Below, one piece after another: positions 1 through 9,723 of a stretch of DNA of 32,000 bases. Every line of letters starts with the position of its first letter. The first letter of the stretch is position 1. Position numbers and translations under genes: made by a program. Below the pieces are notes generated by a model. That model did no database searches, had not been told where the DNA came from, and saw nothing but the letters and a program-made list of their open reading frames with translations. Source of the stretch: Bacteroidota bacterium (lineage in GTDB: Bacteria; Bacteroidota; Bacteroidia; Chitinophagales; Chitinophagaceae); contig JAFDXL010000009.1 of assembly GCA_018267955.1 (NCBI GenBank), positions 366,717 through 398,716 of the forward strand, in the 5' to 3' direction.

Positions 1-130
1 CTAATATTTTTAGTGTTATAGTTGAACTATAAATATAAGCCAATTGCAGGCACTACGAGCAGCGTAACAGATTAATAATATCCCTAGTTAAATTGTTTTT
101 GTCTTCCGTTATTAAATTTTCAGATGATAA

Positions 131-1516
131 TCAATTCAACTCTGTTGTGATTTTCTGCCTTACCAAGGCCGTTTTATATGGTACTACAACATATCCAAAG
201 TCCAGATTGTCAATTTTAGGTGCAGAAGCTATAGCACTTCTATCTCCCAAATACTCTCTATATAACTCCTTGTCTGCTTTGGGATCATAAACTATATAGT
301 AGTATTCATTGTTTTCAACTGTAATAAAGTAGAATCGAAATAATTGGTCAATTTTAAAATCCCATACCGCCCTCTGCCCCATTACAAAACTAAGAGAGCC
401 GGGCACCAGTTCATTTTTAAATAGATGAGTTAAACTATACTTATGATCATTTGTAAAGTTGAACACATCATTCGACATTTTTTGAATGTAATATGGATAA
501 TAAGACGTAACATTATTATTATTGTAATAAACCTTGCATTGAATGTACTCTTTCGATAACTCATTAGGTAGGACTTTAGAGAATACAAGGTTGCCATGAT
601 CCTCTTTAAAAACCGCAAGCAGTTTTTTATTTTCCGGATCTGCTCTCATCTTACCTAAAGTAAAATAGTAATCATCATTGTTTACAATAAAGCTCAAAGA
701 ACTAAAAAAATAATCCTGGTACAACAATTCATCAGCTATAATGGGCAATATCTTTATCAGCGAACCATTATAAAATTTGTAAACAAAGTATATGTTTTTT
801 ACGATCGTATCTTCAGTAGATTTTTTCTGAGCAACCTTTGCTTTGCCTAACAAATATAGTGTGTCATTTTTTACGTTATAGCCTACATAAGCATCTTCGT
901 CTACATAGCTATTTGATCCAAGAACCGTTTTGGTAATATTATAAGCAGAATCACTTTTATAACGGATATGCATACTAAACTTGACCAGAGAATCTTCCAG
1001 TTTATATTCAATCATATTTCTGTTTAAACGATCATATTGATATAAAACAGAGTTTACCCAGTTCAACGAATATATCTTTTTGTCACAATACAACGTACCT
1101 ATATGATAATCTTTCAAAATCGTATCCTTGTCGCTTATAAAGCTTATTAACATCGAATAATATTTATCAAAACGGGACAAATCAATGCTTAATTTGAATC
1201 CGTACTTATTGAAAAACAAAATATCAGAAGTACCATTTTTAGGTTGAATGGAAGATATACTATCAGACCAGAAAACTTTTGCCTGCGGATAATTGGCAAG
1301 ATGCAATTTGTTGCAAATATTTATGGAGTCGTCTTTAAAGCGTTCGTTAAATACAAAATAAACATTGCACTTAGATGAAAGCTCTTTTGCTGTACTGATC
1401 TTAGAAAGACAATCTGAACAGTCATTGGGATAAAGCCGGTAATAACATGTTTCTTTGGCGGTAACGGCCAACCAGTTTCCAAAGACCAGGAATATTATCA
1501 GGAAAAAATTTTTCAT
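131..1516 (-). CDS. Hypothetical secreted protein (461 aa) with N-terminal signal peptide
   Basis: Long ORF with an ATG start at 1516. The N-terminus MKNFFLIIFLVFGNWLAVTAKE looks like a signal peptide. A Cys-rich segment (CYYRLYPNDCSDC) follows. I recognise no family. Confidence 0.6.
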   Translation of the reverse strand: MKNFFLIIFLVFGNWLAVTAKETCYYRLYPNDCSDCLSKISTAKELSSKCNVYFVFNERFKDDSINICNKLHLANYPQAKVFWSDSISSIQPKNGTSDILFFNKYGFKLSIDLSRFDKYYSMLISFISDKDTILKDYHIGTLYCDKKIYSLNWVNSVLYQYDRLNRNMIEYKLEDSLVKFSMHIRYKSDSAYNITKTVLGSNSYVDEDAYVGYNVKNDTLYLLGKAKVAQKKSTEDTIVKNIYFVYKFYNGSLIKILPIIADELLYQDYFFSSLSFIVNNDDYYFTLGKMRADPENKKLLAVFKEDHGNLVFSKVLPNELSKEYIQCKVYYNNNNVTSYYPYYIQKMSNDVFNFTNDHKYSLTHLFKNELVPGSLSFVMGQRAVWDFKIDQLFRFYFITVENNEYYYIVYDPKADKELYREYLGDRSAIASAPKIDNLDFGYVVVPYKTALVRQKITTELN

Positions 1517-1840
1517 AGCTGTAGATTAATATATTACAAATGAAGACTGTCATATAACAGTCTTCATTCAGTTATTAAATTTAATTAAATTTCTCCTATT
1601 CACCGAGGTCAGGAACATTTGCCAGGTTACTATTACACTCTTACCAAGGTCCATCCCACTCATTATTTGTAAGAGTACTTGGATAACCGAAGCACACTTA
1701 TACGTTTAAGAAGATACTCAACTTTTCCCGGCTATTTTTTGTTCCCTTTGTCAATATCCGTACATTTGTACAATCCGGTTCTTTGACATACTGTAAACCC
1801 AAACTACAATAATTCTCGCTCAGGAACTTTACTACAAAAA

Positions 1841-1978
1841 CAGGATAACAAAGGTTAGCAATGGTTAACAAAAGTTAGCATTCGTTAGCAAAACAGGACC
1901 CCAAGCGGGCTAATATCATTCATTTTATAATTAGCAACAGGTTAGCACCCTGTTATCAAAGGTTAGCAAAAGTTAGCA
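1841..1978. repeat. Two clusters of about 5 helically phased (10-11 bp) GTTAGCA-like heptamers
   Basis: GTTAGCA at 1854, 1874, 1884, 1941, 1962 and 1972. Variants are GATAACA at 1844, GTTAACA at 1864, ATTAGCA at 1930 and GTTATCA at 1952. The array lies in a 530-bp ORF-free gap. Confidence 0.75.
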
Positions 1979-1995
1979 ATATTACCCTCTAGATG

Positions 1996-2027
1996 AATAG
2001 CCCTCCTCTTTTCAGAAGAAGGCTATT
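1996..2027 (-). terminator. Possible terminator hairpin after the efflux operon
   Basis: AATAGCC (1996-2002) pairs with GGCTATT (2021-2027). The inner stem pairs better on the minus-strand RNA through G-U pairs. It lies 19 nt past the stop of 2046..2354. There is no clear U-tract. Confidence 0.3.
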
Positions 2028-2045
2028 ATCAAACACAAATACGAG

Positions 2046-2354
2046 TTATTCACTAAAGCGCTCCACTGCTACGATGTAGGCATGTATTGGATAGCTAAGT
2101 TCTGTTTGCATATTGTGCTCATTTACTAATTCCATTAATTGATATGCGTATTCCTCATTGGTAAAGCTAAAGAAGAGCACAGATTGAAAATGCTCACCAA
2201 CTTTACCAAACCAGTTGTCCTGCAAATTGGCATGTGCCATATTCTTATGGCCTGTTGTTTCTGCTTCGCTAAATACAGGCACATGTGCCTTCTTAAACAA
2301 GGCTGCAATATCATCCCTGTATTCTATAATGCCGGTTACTGCTATAAGCTTCAT
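2046..2354 (-). CDS. Small cytoplasmic protein (102 aa), last gene of the RND operon; possibly P-II-like beta-alpha-beta fold
   Basis: Lies 34 nt downstream of the RND permease on the same strand. The N-terminal pattern MKLIAVTGIIEYRDDIAALFKKAHVPVFSEAETTGHK resembles the P-II/GlnB-like layout. This rests on pattern resemblance alone. Confidence 0.45.
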   Translation of the reverse strand: MKLIAVTGIIEYRDDIAALFKKAHVPVFSEAETTGHKNMAHANLQDNWFGKVGEHFQSVLFFSFTNEEYAYQLMELVNEHNMQTELSYPIHAYIVAVERFSE

Positions 2355-2388
2355 AAATAATTGCTTTACGGTAACTAAATACCTTGAT

Positions 2389-5300
2389 TTACTTCTTCTT
2401 TAACATTTTAAAATATAATAATGGTACTACCAGCAACGTCAGGAAAGTAGAGGTAATGGTCCCCCCCATCAGTGATATAGCCAGTCCCTGGAATATTGGG
2501 TCGAATAAAATAATGACAGCACCCAATACTACTGCGCCTGCAGTTAACAATATAGGAGTGGTCCTTACCGCACCTGCTTCTATAATTGCTTGTTTCAGAG
2601 GGATTCCCTCATTCAAACGGATGTCAATAAAGTCTATCAGCAGTATGGAATTACGCACCATAACACCGGCAAGAGCAATGAAGCCGATCATAGATGTTGC
2701 TGTAAAATAGGCCCCCATCATCCAATGCCCGAGTATAATACCAATAAGAGATAACGGAATAGCCGCCAGCATTACCAAAGGCACTTTAAAATTCTGAAAC
2801 CAGCCTACGATCAGCATATAGATGATGATGATAACAACTGCGAACGCTATACCAAGGTCACGGAAAACCTCATATGTTATTTGCCACTCCCCATCCCATT
2901 TCAGCGAATAGTCATCTTCAAATTCAGGCTGCCTGGTATATTCTTCGTTAAGCTTATAACCGGCAGGCACTTTCACAGTTTTCAAACTGTCAGACACCTT
3001 TGAAATTGCATAGAAAGGACTCTCCAGTTTACCGGCCATATCTGCCAGCACATACACCACTTCCTTCTGGTTCTTCCGGTAGATGCTCTTGGGTTTTATC
3101 TGCCTGGTAACGCTTACCAGGTCACGAATGGGTACAGACATCCCTTGCATATTCACAACCTGCAAGTTCAGGACATCTTCCATACTCGATTTATCCAGGT
3201 TACTTAATTGCAGGTTGATAGGCGTTTGATTGTAAGATTGTGGCTTGTAAATAAAGCCGGATTGCATGCCTGATATTGCGGCAGCTACCGTAGCTGATAT
3301 TTGTTGTGCAGTTACACCCATGCGCATTGCCTTTTCTTTATCTACTTCTATATGATACTCTGGCTGGTCTGCTTCTACCATCCAATCTACATCTACTACA
3401 TCAGCCGTATGTTCCAGTCTATGCTTGATCTGTCCGGCAATGTCTATTTGTTTATCATAATCAGGTCCGTATATCTCTGCAACAAGCGTTGACAATACAG
3501 GAGGCCCCGGTGGTACTTCTACCATCTTTACATTTGCATGGTACTTAGCCGCTATTTGCTGAATGTCAGCACGCATACCTTTTGCTATTTCGTGGCTTTG
3601 TTGTTTTCTATCTTTTTTGTCTACAAGATTCACCTGGATATCTGCAACATTATCGCCACGGCGCAGGTCGTAGTGCCTTACCAATCCATTAAAACTTATA
3701 GGTGCCGATGTTCCAACGTATTCCTGGTAAGTCCTGACCAGGGGTTGCTTTGCTATATAAGCTGCAATCTCCGCAGACACTGCCTGCGTTCTTTCCAGTG
3801 TAGTACCTTCGGGCATATCTATCACTACCTGGAATTCGTTTTTATTATCAAATGGCAACATCTTCACAGCTACCGTTTTGGTATAGAAAAGAAACATAGA
3901 ACCTATCAACACAATGGCGGTACCAAAAATGAACAGGTAACGACTTCTACGATTCTCCAGTAAAGGGTTGATAAAAGCAAGATATATTTTATACACTCTT
4001 GTATTTTCCAATACAACAGGTGTGCTTTCTCCATGCTTATGTCCACGTTTTTCCTTTTCGCGGAGGAATATATAACCGAGGTATGGCGTTAAAGTTAGGG
4101 CCACCACAAGGGATATCATCATTGCTATAGAAGCACCTATAGGCATCGGGCTCATATAAGGCCCCATCAGCCCGGATACGAATGCCATTGGCAATACCGC
4201 AGCTATTACGGTGAAAGTTGCTAATATAGTAGGGTTACCCACCTCATTAATAGCGAATATAGCAGCCTGCAGCGGTGGAAGTCGTTTCATTTTAAAGTGA
4301 CGGTGCATATTTTCTGCTATAATGATCGAGTCATCTACCACAATGCCTGTAATGAAAACCAATGCAAACAACGTGATCCGGTTTAGCGTATAATGCATAA
4401 AATAATAGGCAAACAAAGTGAGCGCGAAGGTTACCGGCACTGATAGAAATACAACAAGTCCTCCGCGCCAACCCATTGCAAGCATTACAAAAAGTGTAAC
4501 AACTACGATGGCAAAAAACAAGTGCAATAGTAGCTCCGAAACTTTTTCGGATGCAGACTCTCCATAATTACGCGTTATAGTAAGCTTTACATCAGAAGGT
4601 ATTAGCTTTTTCTCAACCTGCTGCAGTTTGTTCTCTATCTGTTCACTCAATCTCATCGCATCTGCCCCCTTCTTTTTAGACACAGCGATCGTTACGGCAG
4701 GATAAGTTGACTTATATGTTTTTGACCCTACATCTGCACGGCCAAATCCCATAGATACATATTGCGAAGGCGTTTGTGCAGCATCAGTAACATTAGCTAC
4801 CTGCCTCAGGTATATAGGTTGCTGTCCGTTTGCTCCTACTACGATATTTCCTACGTCCTCTGCCGATGTAAGAAAGTTACCTGTCACCACAGAATAAGCT
4901 GTATCGTACTGTACGATGGTGCCGCTCTGCATTTGCGAGTTGTTACCTTGTAATGCACGACTGACAGTAAGGAAATCAACATGATTCTGCGCCATTTTTT
5001 CCTTATCAGGCATCACTTTTATCTCCCTGCTTCTGCCGCCAATGATGGTCACATCAGCTACATCCGGTATCTTCTTCACTTCATTGGTGAGTTCCTGAGC
5101 CATCTGTCGCAACTTGAAATCATCATAGTGCTCACTCCATAATGTAAGTCCGAATACAGGTACATCGTCAATAGCCCTTGTCTTAATCAGGGGCATAGTA
5201 ACACCTTTAGGCATACGGTCCATATTCTTCATCAGCTCGCTGTATAGCTTCACCAGGGAGCGTTCAATATCCTCGCCTACATAAAACTGAACGATCAGCA

Positions 5301-5583
5301 TAGCTTGTCCGTTCATAGATGTCGAGTACACATATTCCACACCTTTAATATTAGATATGATCTTTTCCATAGGCGCGGCAACTTTGGTTTCTACATCCTT
5401 GGGGCCCGCACCCGGATAACCGATAAATATATCGGCCATAGGTACTTGTATCTGCGGTTCTTCTTCCCGCGGCATTAAAAATGTGCTATACCCTCCTATC
5501 AGCAGAAAGGCAAACATTAATAGTATGGTCAGCTTCGATTGCAAAAAAGCTTTTGCAATATTGCCGGATAGTCCTTTTTCCAT
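2389..5583 (-). CDS. Efflux RND transporter permease subunit (AcrB/HAE-like, 1064 aa)
   Basis: The size and 12-TM architecture fit the family. The TM4 motif GIVVDDSIIIAENMHRH matches the AcrB-type VDDAIVVVEN. It sits in an operon with MFP and TolC genes. Confidence 0.95.
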   Translation of the reverse strand: MEKGLSGNIAKAFLQSKLTILLMFAFLLIGGYSTFLMPREEEPQIQVPMADIFIGYPGAGPKDVETKVAAPMEKIISNIKGVEYVYSTSMNGQAMLIVQFYVGEDIERSLVKLYSELMKNMDRMPKGVTMPLIKTRAIDDVPVFGLTLWSEHYDDFKLRQMAQELTNEVKKIPDVADVTIIGGRSREIKVMPDKEKMAQNHVDFLTVSRALQGNNSQMQSGTIVQYDTAYSVVTGNFLTSAEDVGNIVVGANGQQPIYLRQVANVTDAAQTPSQYVSMGFGRADVGSKTYKSTYPAVTIAVSKKKGADAMRLSEQIENKLQQVEKKLIPSDVKLTITRNYGESASEKVSELLLHLFFAIVVVTLFVMLAMGWRGGLVVFLSVPVTFALTLFAYYFMHYTLNRITLFALVFITGIVVDDSIIIAENMHRHFKMKRLPPLQAAIFAINEVGNPTILATFTVIAAVLPMAFVSGLMGPYMSPMPIGASIAMMISLVVALTLTPYLGYIFLREKEKRGHKHGESTPVVLENTRVYKIYLAFINPLLENRRSRYLFIFGTAIVLIGSMFLFYTKTVAVKMLPFDNKNEFQVVIDMPEGTTLERTQAVSAEIAAYIAKQPLVRTYQEYVGTSAPISFNGLVRHYDLRRGDNVADIQVNLVDKKDRKQQSHEIAKGMRADIQQIAAKYHANVKMVEVPPGPPVLSTLVAEIYGPDYDKQIDIAGQIKHRLEHTADVVDVDWMVEADQPEYHIEVDKEKAMRMGVTAQQISATVAAAISGMQSGFIYKPQSYNQTPINLQLSNLDKSSMEDVLNLQVVNMQGMSVPIRDLVSVTRQIKPKSIYRKNQKEVVYVLADMAGKLESPFYAISKVSDSLKTVKVPAGYKLNEEYTRQPEFEDDYSLKWDGEWQITYEVFRDLGIAFAVVIIIIYMLIVGWFQNFKVPLVMLAAIPLSLIGIILGHWMMGAYFTATSMIGFIALAGVMVRNSILLIDFIDIRLNEGIPLKQAIIEAGAVRTTPILLTAGAVVLGAVIILFDPIFQGLAISLMGGTITSTFLTLLVVPLLYFKMLKKK

Positions 5584-5623
5584 TCTTGGGATGATTTCCT
5601 GTTTATGTATAAATAATATGATC

Positions 5624-6724
5624 TTACCTAGCTATCCTTACAGCAACGCCATTATATAGGTTACCCTCAGCATGCACGATAAATTGTTCATTTGCAGAAA
5701 GGCCCGATAATATTTCTACCTTATCATTAAATATCTTACCCAGCTTCACCCAACGTAACAATGCCTCATTGGATGAACTCACAGTATAAATTCCATCAAG
5801 ATCTCCTTTATGCACAAGACTGCTAAGCGGAACTAATATTGATTTTGATTCCGGAGCTTGTGCTGTAGCATGGTCTACCGGAATAACAGCTGTTACATAC
5901 ATACCTGCCAATACATGATCTGTATCAGCTTCTTGTATGCTTATTTTAACCACATACATGCCACCGCTGCTTTGGGAAGAGCTACTTACTTCAGTTACTT
6001 TGCCTGGGAGGGTAACAGCAGCAGCATTAATAGACACCTGCACCTCCATGCCGGTTTTTATTTTATCAATCTGGTATTCAGGAACAGATGCCGTCACCTG
6101 TAACAAATGATCTGTTTCCATAGCGAGAATAGGCATGCCAGGATTTGCCATATTACCGGCATCCATAAATTTTTGCGTAATAACACCGCTAAAAGGTGCT
6201 GTAATATTGGTATAAGATATTTGGGCATTAGCCTCATTTCTCATTTGCCTGGCAGCGTCGTATGCTGCTTTTGCCGACTTATATTGCAGCGTAACGTTTT
6301 CATATTCTTTAGCAGATGCACTTTGCTGTTTGTACAATGCTGTATAGCGGTCCATATCTTTGTGTGCGTTCTCATATGCAGCTTCTGCTTGCGAAACGGC
6401 TGCTTCGGCCTGAGATTTCTTTGCAAGAATGTCAGCATTACTTATAGAAACCAACAACTGTCCTTTCTGTACCTTATCCCCGATCTTTACATGGATATTG
6501 CTTATATAACCCATCATACGGGTACTAATATTAGCAGACTGTACAGCTTCAATGTGGCCACTCAATGAAATATTGGTTGCATCTGTCCCTCCAGGCAATG
6601 CAACATTTACAACAATGGGATTAGTTTGTTTATCTAAAGAATTATTAGCATTAGATGAAGAGCAGGCAGTAAGAGAAACTGACATGCCGGTAAACAATAT
6701 GGCTACGATCCATTTATTATTCAT
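5624..6724 (-). CDS. Efflux RND periplasmic adaptor (MFP/HlyD family) lipoprotein
   Basis: Lipobox VSLTAC. The middle is coiled-coil and Ala/Gln-rich (AEAAVSQAEAAYENA). The size is 366 aa and the gene lies between the TolC and RND genes. Confidence 0.9.
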   Translation of the reverse strand: MNNKWIVAILFTGMSVSLTACSSSNANNSLDKQTNPIVVNVALPGGTDATNISLSGHIEAVQSANISTRMMGYISNIHVKIGDKVQKGQLLVSISNADILAKKSQAEAAVSQAEAAYENAHKDMDRYTALYKQQSASAKEYENVTLQYKSAKAAYDAARQMRNEANAQISYTNITAPFSGVITQKFMDAGNMANPGMPILAMETDHLLQVTASVPEYQIDKIKTGMEVQVSINAAAVTLPGKVTEVSSSSQSSGGMYVVKISIQEADTDHVLAGMYVTAVIPVDHATAQAPESKSILVPLSSLVHKGDLDGIYTVSSSNEALLRWVKLGKIFNDKVEILSGLSANEQFIVHAEGNLYNGVAVRIAR

Positions 6725-6748
6725 AATACAGTTTTATATTGTCTTTTA

Positions 6749-8080
6749 TTAAGAATGTGTTGTTAGAAAATTGATGTATATAATGGAGCTGTTACGCTCA
6801 TAAACAGCTTGTGCATACATAAGCTTTTGCTGTGCAAGCTGTGTTTGCGACTGTAATAAGTCTGTTGTATTTACCAAACCTTGCTCGTACCTGTTTTGCA
6901 CTATTTTCAGCGCTTCTGTAGCCTGCGCTACTGCATCCTGCTGTTGTCGTATCTTATAAGCAGCTTCCGTAAACTGCCTGACAGCTTTATTTAATGCCGT
7001 TTGCTCCTGCTCTCTTTTATCGGTCAGTTGTTCTACTAGCTTTGCTCTTTCCAGCACAAGGCTCTTGGTTTTATGGAACGTTTGAAACCCTTTGAAAATA
7101 TCCCATGAAAGCTGCACACCTGCTAAATAGCCATCTGCGGCAAAACCAAACACGCGATTATCGTGCAACTGATAATCGCCAAATGCATTGATCCTTGGCA
7201 GGTAACTAAACCTACTGCTACGCACCATACAAGTATAAGACTCCACTGCTTTTTCCATCGCACGGAAATCTGCCCTATTCATCGGTAAGGCTATAGCCTC
7301 ATCAATAGTGCTATCCAATAACACAGTTTTTGGTTTATATATTTTGCCTTGTTCTTTATTCATTAATAAACCCAGGTAATCAGATGCATTAGCAATGTTT
7401 GATTTTGCCTCTTGTAATTGTGTCTCTACCGATTTCATTTGCACCTGAACATTGAGCAGATCAGATCTTTGTAACAACCCTTGCTGATACCTGTCACTTG
7501 TTTGCTTCAATGTAGCCTGCATAGTTTCCAGTGCTTCTCCTGCAACTATACTAGCATTCCATGCCAGTTGTAATTGCAGGTATACTTGCTGCACCTGCCA
7601 GCTCACATATTCTACATTTCGTTCTGTTTTATACTTATACATCTCCACTTGCCTGGCAGCCCCTCTGCGCTGATATACCATATCTACATTGAGGATGGGC
7701 TGCCTTGCCGAGAAACGAGTCATCATATCACTCGTAATATCCGGTTCATTAAGCGTAGCAGGATTGAAGTCTGCCGGTGCAATAATCTTTTGTTGCAGCT
7801 TGAAGCCAAACGCATTTAAGGGATTGTTAGTTGAAAATGCTGTATAAGAAACATTAAGCTCAGGTAGAAAAACTGCATTAGTTTGCCTGAAGTTTTCTAA
7901 TGCCACTTTTTCGTCTATCCTGGCTATAGCAATATTTTTATTATCAGCTATCGCTGTTTTCACTGCCTGATCCATATCAAGGGTCACTATCTCCTGTCCT
8001 GTAGCCTGCATAGCTGCAAATAGCAGCAATAGCAAGGCTAGCTTTTTAGCTCTGTTTGTCCTTCGTTCGGTTGATATCAT
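6749..8080 (-). CDS. TolC-family outer-membrane efflux protein
   Basis: The sequence has duplicated TolC-like coiled-coil repeats (RYQQGL..., RYEQGLVNTTDLL). I prefer the start at ATG 8080 (MISTERRTNRAKKLALLLLLFAAMQATGQE signal peptide). The ORF-track start at 8140 would overlap the putative -7 box and operator. Confidence 0.88.
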   Translation of the reverse strand: MISTERRTNRAKKLALLLLLFAAMQATGQEIVTLDMDQAVKTAIADNKNIAIARIDEKVALENFRQTNAVFLPELNVSYTAFSTNNPLNAFGFKLQQKIIAPADFNPATLNEPDITSDMMTRFSARQPILNVDMVYQRRGAARQVEMYKYKTERNVEYVSWQVQQVYLQLQLAWNASIVAGEALETMQATLKQTSDRYQQGLLQRSDLLNVQVQMKSVETQLQEAKSNIANASDYLGLLMNKEQGKIYKPKTVLLDSTIDEAIALPMNRADFRAMEKAVESYTCMVRSSRFSYLPRINAFGDYQLHDNRVFGFAADGYLAGVQLSWDIFKGFQTFHKTKSLVLERAKLVEQLTDKREQEQTALNKAVRQFTEAAYKIRQQQDAVAQATEALKIVQNRYEQGLVNTTDLLQSQTQLAQQKLMYAQAVYERNSSIIYINFLTTHS

Positions 8081-8096
8081 TTTAAGAATTTGTGCG

Positions 8097-8104
8097 CAAA
8101 AGTA
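8097..8104 (-). promoter_or_regulatory. Bacteroidota-type -7 box (TACTTTTG, fits TAnnTTTG) for the TolC-MFP-RND operon
   Basis: The minus-strand sequence TACTTTTG lies 17 nt upstream of ATG 8080. Confidence 0.4.
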
Positions 8105-8125
8105 TTGGCACACATCAACCAAAAT

Positions 8126-8141
8126 CGTGACATTAATCACG
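8126..8141. promoter_or_regulatory. CRP/FNR-type palindromic operator CGTGAcattaaTCACG (site 1)
   Basis: Perfect 5-bp arms with a 6-bp spacer. The centre is about 30-35 bp upstream of the putative -7 box. The same arms and spacing recur at 9725-9740. Confidence 0.55.
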
Positions 8142-8204
8142 CTGCACAGATATCGTTTTCATGTATATGGTTGTAATAACAGAATATTATCAATACATAG
8201 GAAT

Positions 8205-8244
8205 ACAACGAAAAGAGACAACCTCTAAATGAGATTGTCTCTTT
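8205..8244 (-). terminator. Rho-independent terminator after the MBL-rhodanese gene
   Basis: Stem AAAGAGACAA (8212-8221) pairs with TTGTCTCTTT (8235-8244). On the minus strand it is followed by TTTTCG. It lies 20 nt past the stop at 8264. Confidence 0.65.
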
Positions 8245-8263
8245 ATTGATACAAATGAGAACT

Positions 8264-9676
8264 TTATAATAATGTAGTAGGACATACATAGTCCGTAACA
8301 GGGAATCTACCTCCGGCTTTTAAAGCTTTAAATCCGCCAACTACATTCACCAGGTTTTCATATCCTCTTGCTTTCATAATGGAGATAAAAATAACAGAGC
8401 GATAACCGGAGGCGCAATGCACATAATATGGCTTACCCTTATCTATAGCCTGCATAGTATCGTTGATATAGTCTAACGGAAGGCTTTCCGCATCTACTAA
8501 ATGTTCGCTCAGGTATTCACTATTCTTTCTTACGTCCAATATATTAACTGGTTTTACCTTCGCAATCGATGCCAATTCCTCATCTGATATAGCATCTATA
8601 TAATCAATCTCTTTACCAGCAAGCTGCCAAGCTGTAAAACCACCTTTCAAAAATCCGATAGCATTGTCGTACCCCACTCGTGCCAGCCTTGTTACCACTT
8701 CCTCTTCCCTACCCTCGTCAGCAACTATTAGCAATGGTTGTTTAATGTCTGTAATTAATGCCCCCACCCAGGGTGCAAAGTTGCCATCAATACCTACATT
8801 AATAGCATTTGGTATAAATCCTTTTACAAAATCCTCCGGAGACCGGGTATCTAATACCAGGGCTTGCGTTTCGTTAGCGGCTGTTTCAAAATCTTCCGGG
8901 CTTAGTTCCTGCTGACCACGCTCCAATACCACATCTATGCTTTCATAGCCCAGCTTATTCATTGCCACATTCATTGCAAAATACCCCGGTGGCGGCATAA
9001 GGCCTGTAGTTACTTCTTTAATAAACTCTGCCTGGGTCATATTTTGCCTCAGTGCATAGTTTATTTCTTTCTGATGCCCTAAGGTATCATAGGTTTCTTT
9101 GCTCATATTTTTGCCACAGGCACTACCTGCACCATGTGCAGGATATACAATAACGTCATCCGGCAACGACATTAGCTTTCGTGTAGATTCATACAATAAA
9201 CCAGCGAGATCTTCCTGTGTAAGATGTGCAGCTTTCTGTGCAAGGTCGGGCCTGCCAACATCCCCAATGAACAAAGTATCACCGCTGAACAGTGCAACAG
9301 GTTTACCGCTTTTATCCTTCAGTAGGTAGCAACTACTCTCCATAGTATGCCCAGGTGTGTGTAACACCTCAAAGCTCACGTCACCTACTCTGAACACCTG
9401 TTTATCTTTTGCTATCAATGCCGGGAACGCAGGTTCAGCATTGGGGCCATATACAATGGTGGCACCGGTTTTGCCAGCAAGATCTATATGCCCGGATACA
9501 AAATCTGCATGGAAGTGCGTTTCGAAAATATATTTAATATTAGCTCCATTTGTCTCGGCTTTTCTTACATATTGATCTACCTCCCTCAGTGGGTCTATAA
9601 TTACAGCCTCCCCATTACTCTCTACATAATATGCACCTTGTGCCAGGCAGCCTGTATAAATCTGTTCGATTTTCAT
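8264..9676 (-). CDS. MBL-fold metallo-hydrolase fused to two rhodanese domains (persulfide dioxygenase-sulfurtransferase-like)
   Basis: Metal motif ETHFHADFVSGH. The C-terminal rhodanese active-site loop is VHCASGYRS. The start is set to MKIEQIYTG (ATG 9676), because the longer ORF to 9739 would run into the operator palindrome. Confidence 0.85.
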   Translation of the reverse strand: MKIEQIYTGCLAQGAYYVESNGEAVIIDPLREVDQYVRKAETNGANIKYIFETHFHADFVSGHIDLAGKTGATIVYGPNAEPAFPALIAKDKQVFRVGDVSFEVLHTPGHTMESSCYLLKDKSGKPVALFSGDTLFIGDVGRPDLAQKAAHLTQEDLAGLLYESTRKLMSLPDDVIVYPAHGAGSACGKNMSKETYDTLGHQKEINYALRQNMTQAEFIKEVTTGLMPPPGYFAMNVAMNKLGYESIDVVLERGQQELSPEDFETAANETQALVLDTRSPEDFVKGFIPNAINVGIDGNFAPWVGALITDIKQPLLIVADEGREEEVVTRLARVGYDNAIGFLKGGFTAWQLAGKEIDYIDAISDEELASIAKVKPVNILDVRKNSEYLSEHLVDAESLPLDYINDTMQAIDKGKPYYVHCASGYRSVIFISIMKARGYENLVNVVGGFKALKAGGRFPVTDYVCPTTLL

Positions 9677-9723
9677 GTTTCTGTATTTTATGATGTAAAA
9701 TTCGGACATACAGAAAATATTTT

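Noticed and set aside
93-618. Short ORFs 93..290 (+) and 430..618 (-)
   Set aside because: Both are embedded in or antisense to the 461-aa secreted-protein gene and have no independent support.
1541-1566. Perfect 9-bp hairpin TGAAGACTG/CAGTCTTCA located 25 nt upstream of the 131..1516 start
   Set aside because: There is no U-tract on either strand and the position is ambiguous. It could be a 5'-UTR structure, but there is not enough evidence to assign a function.
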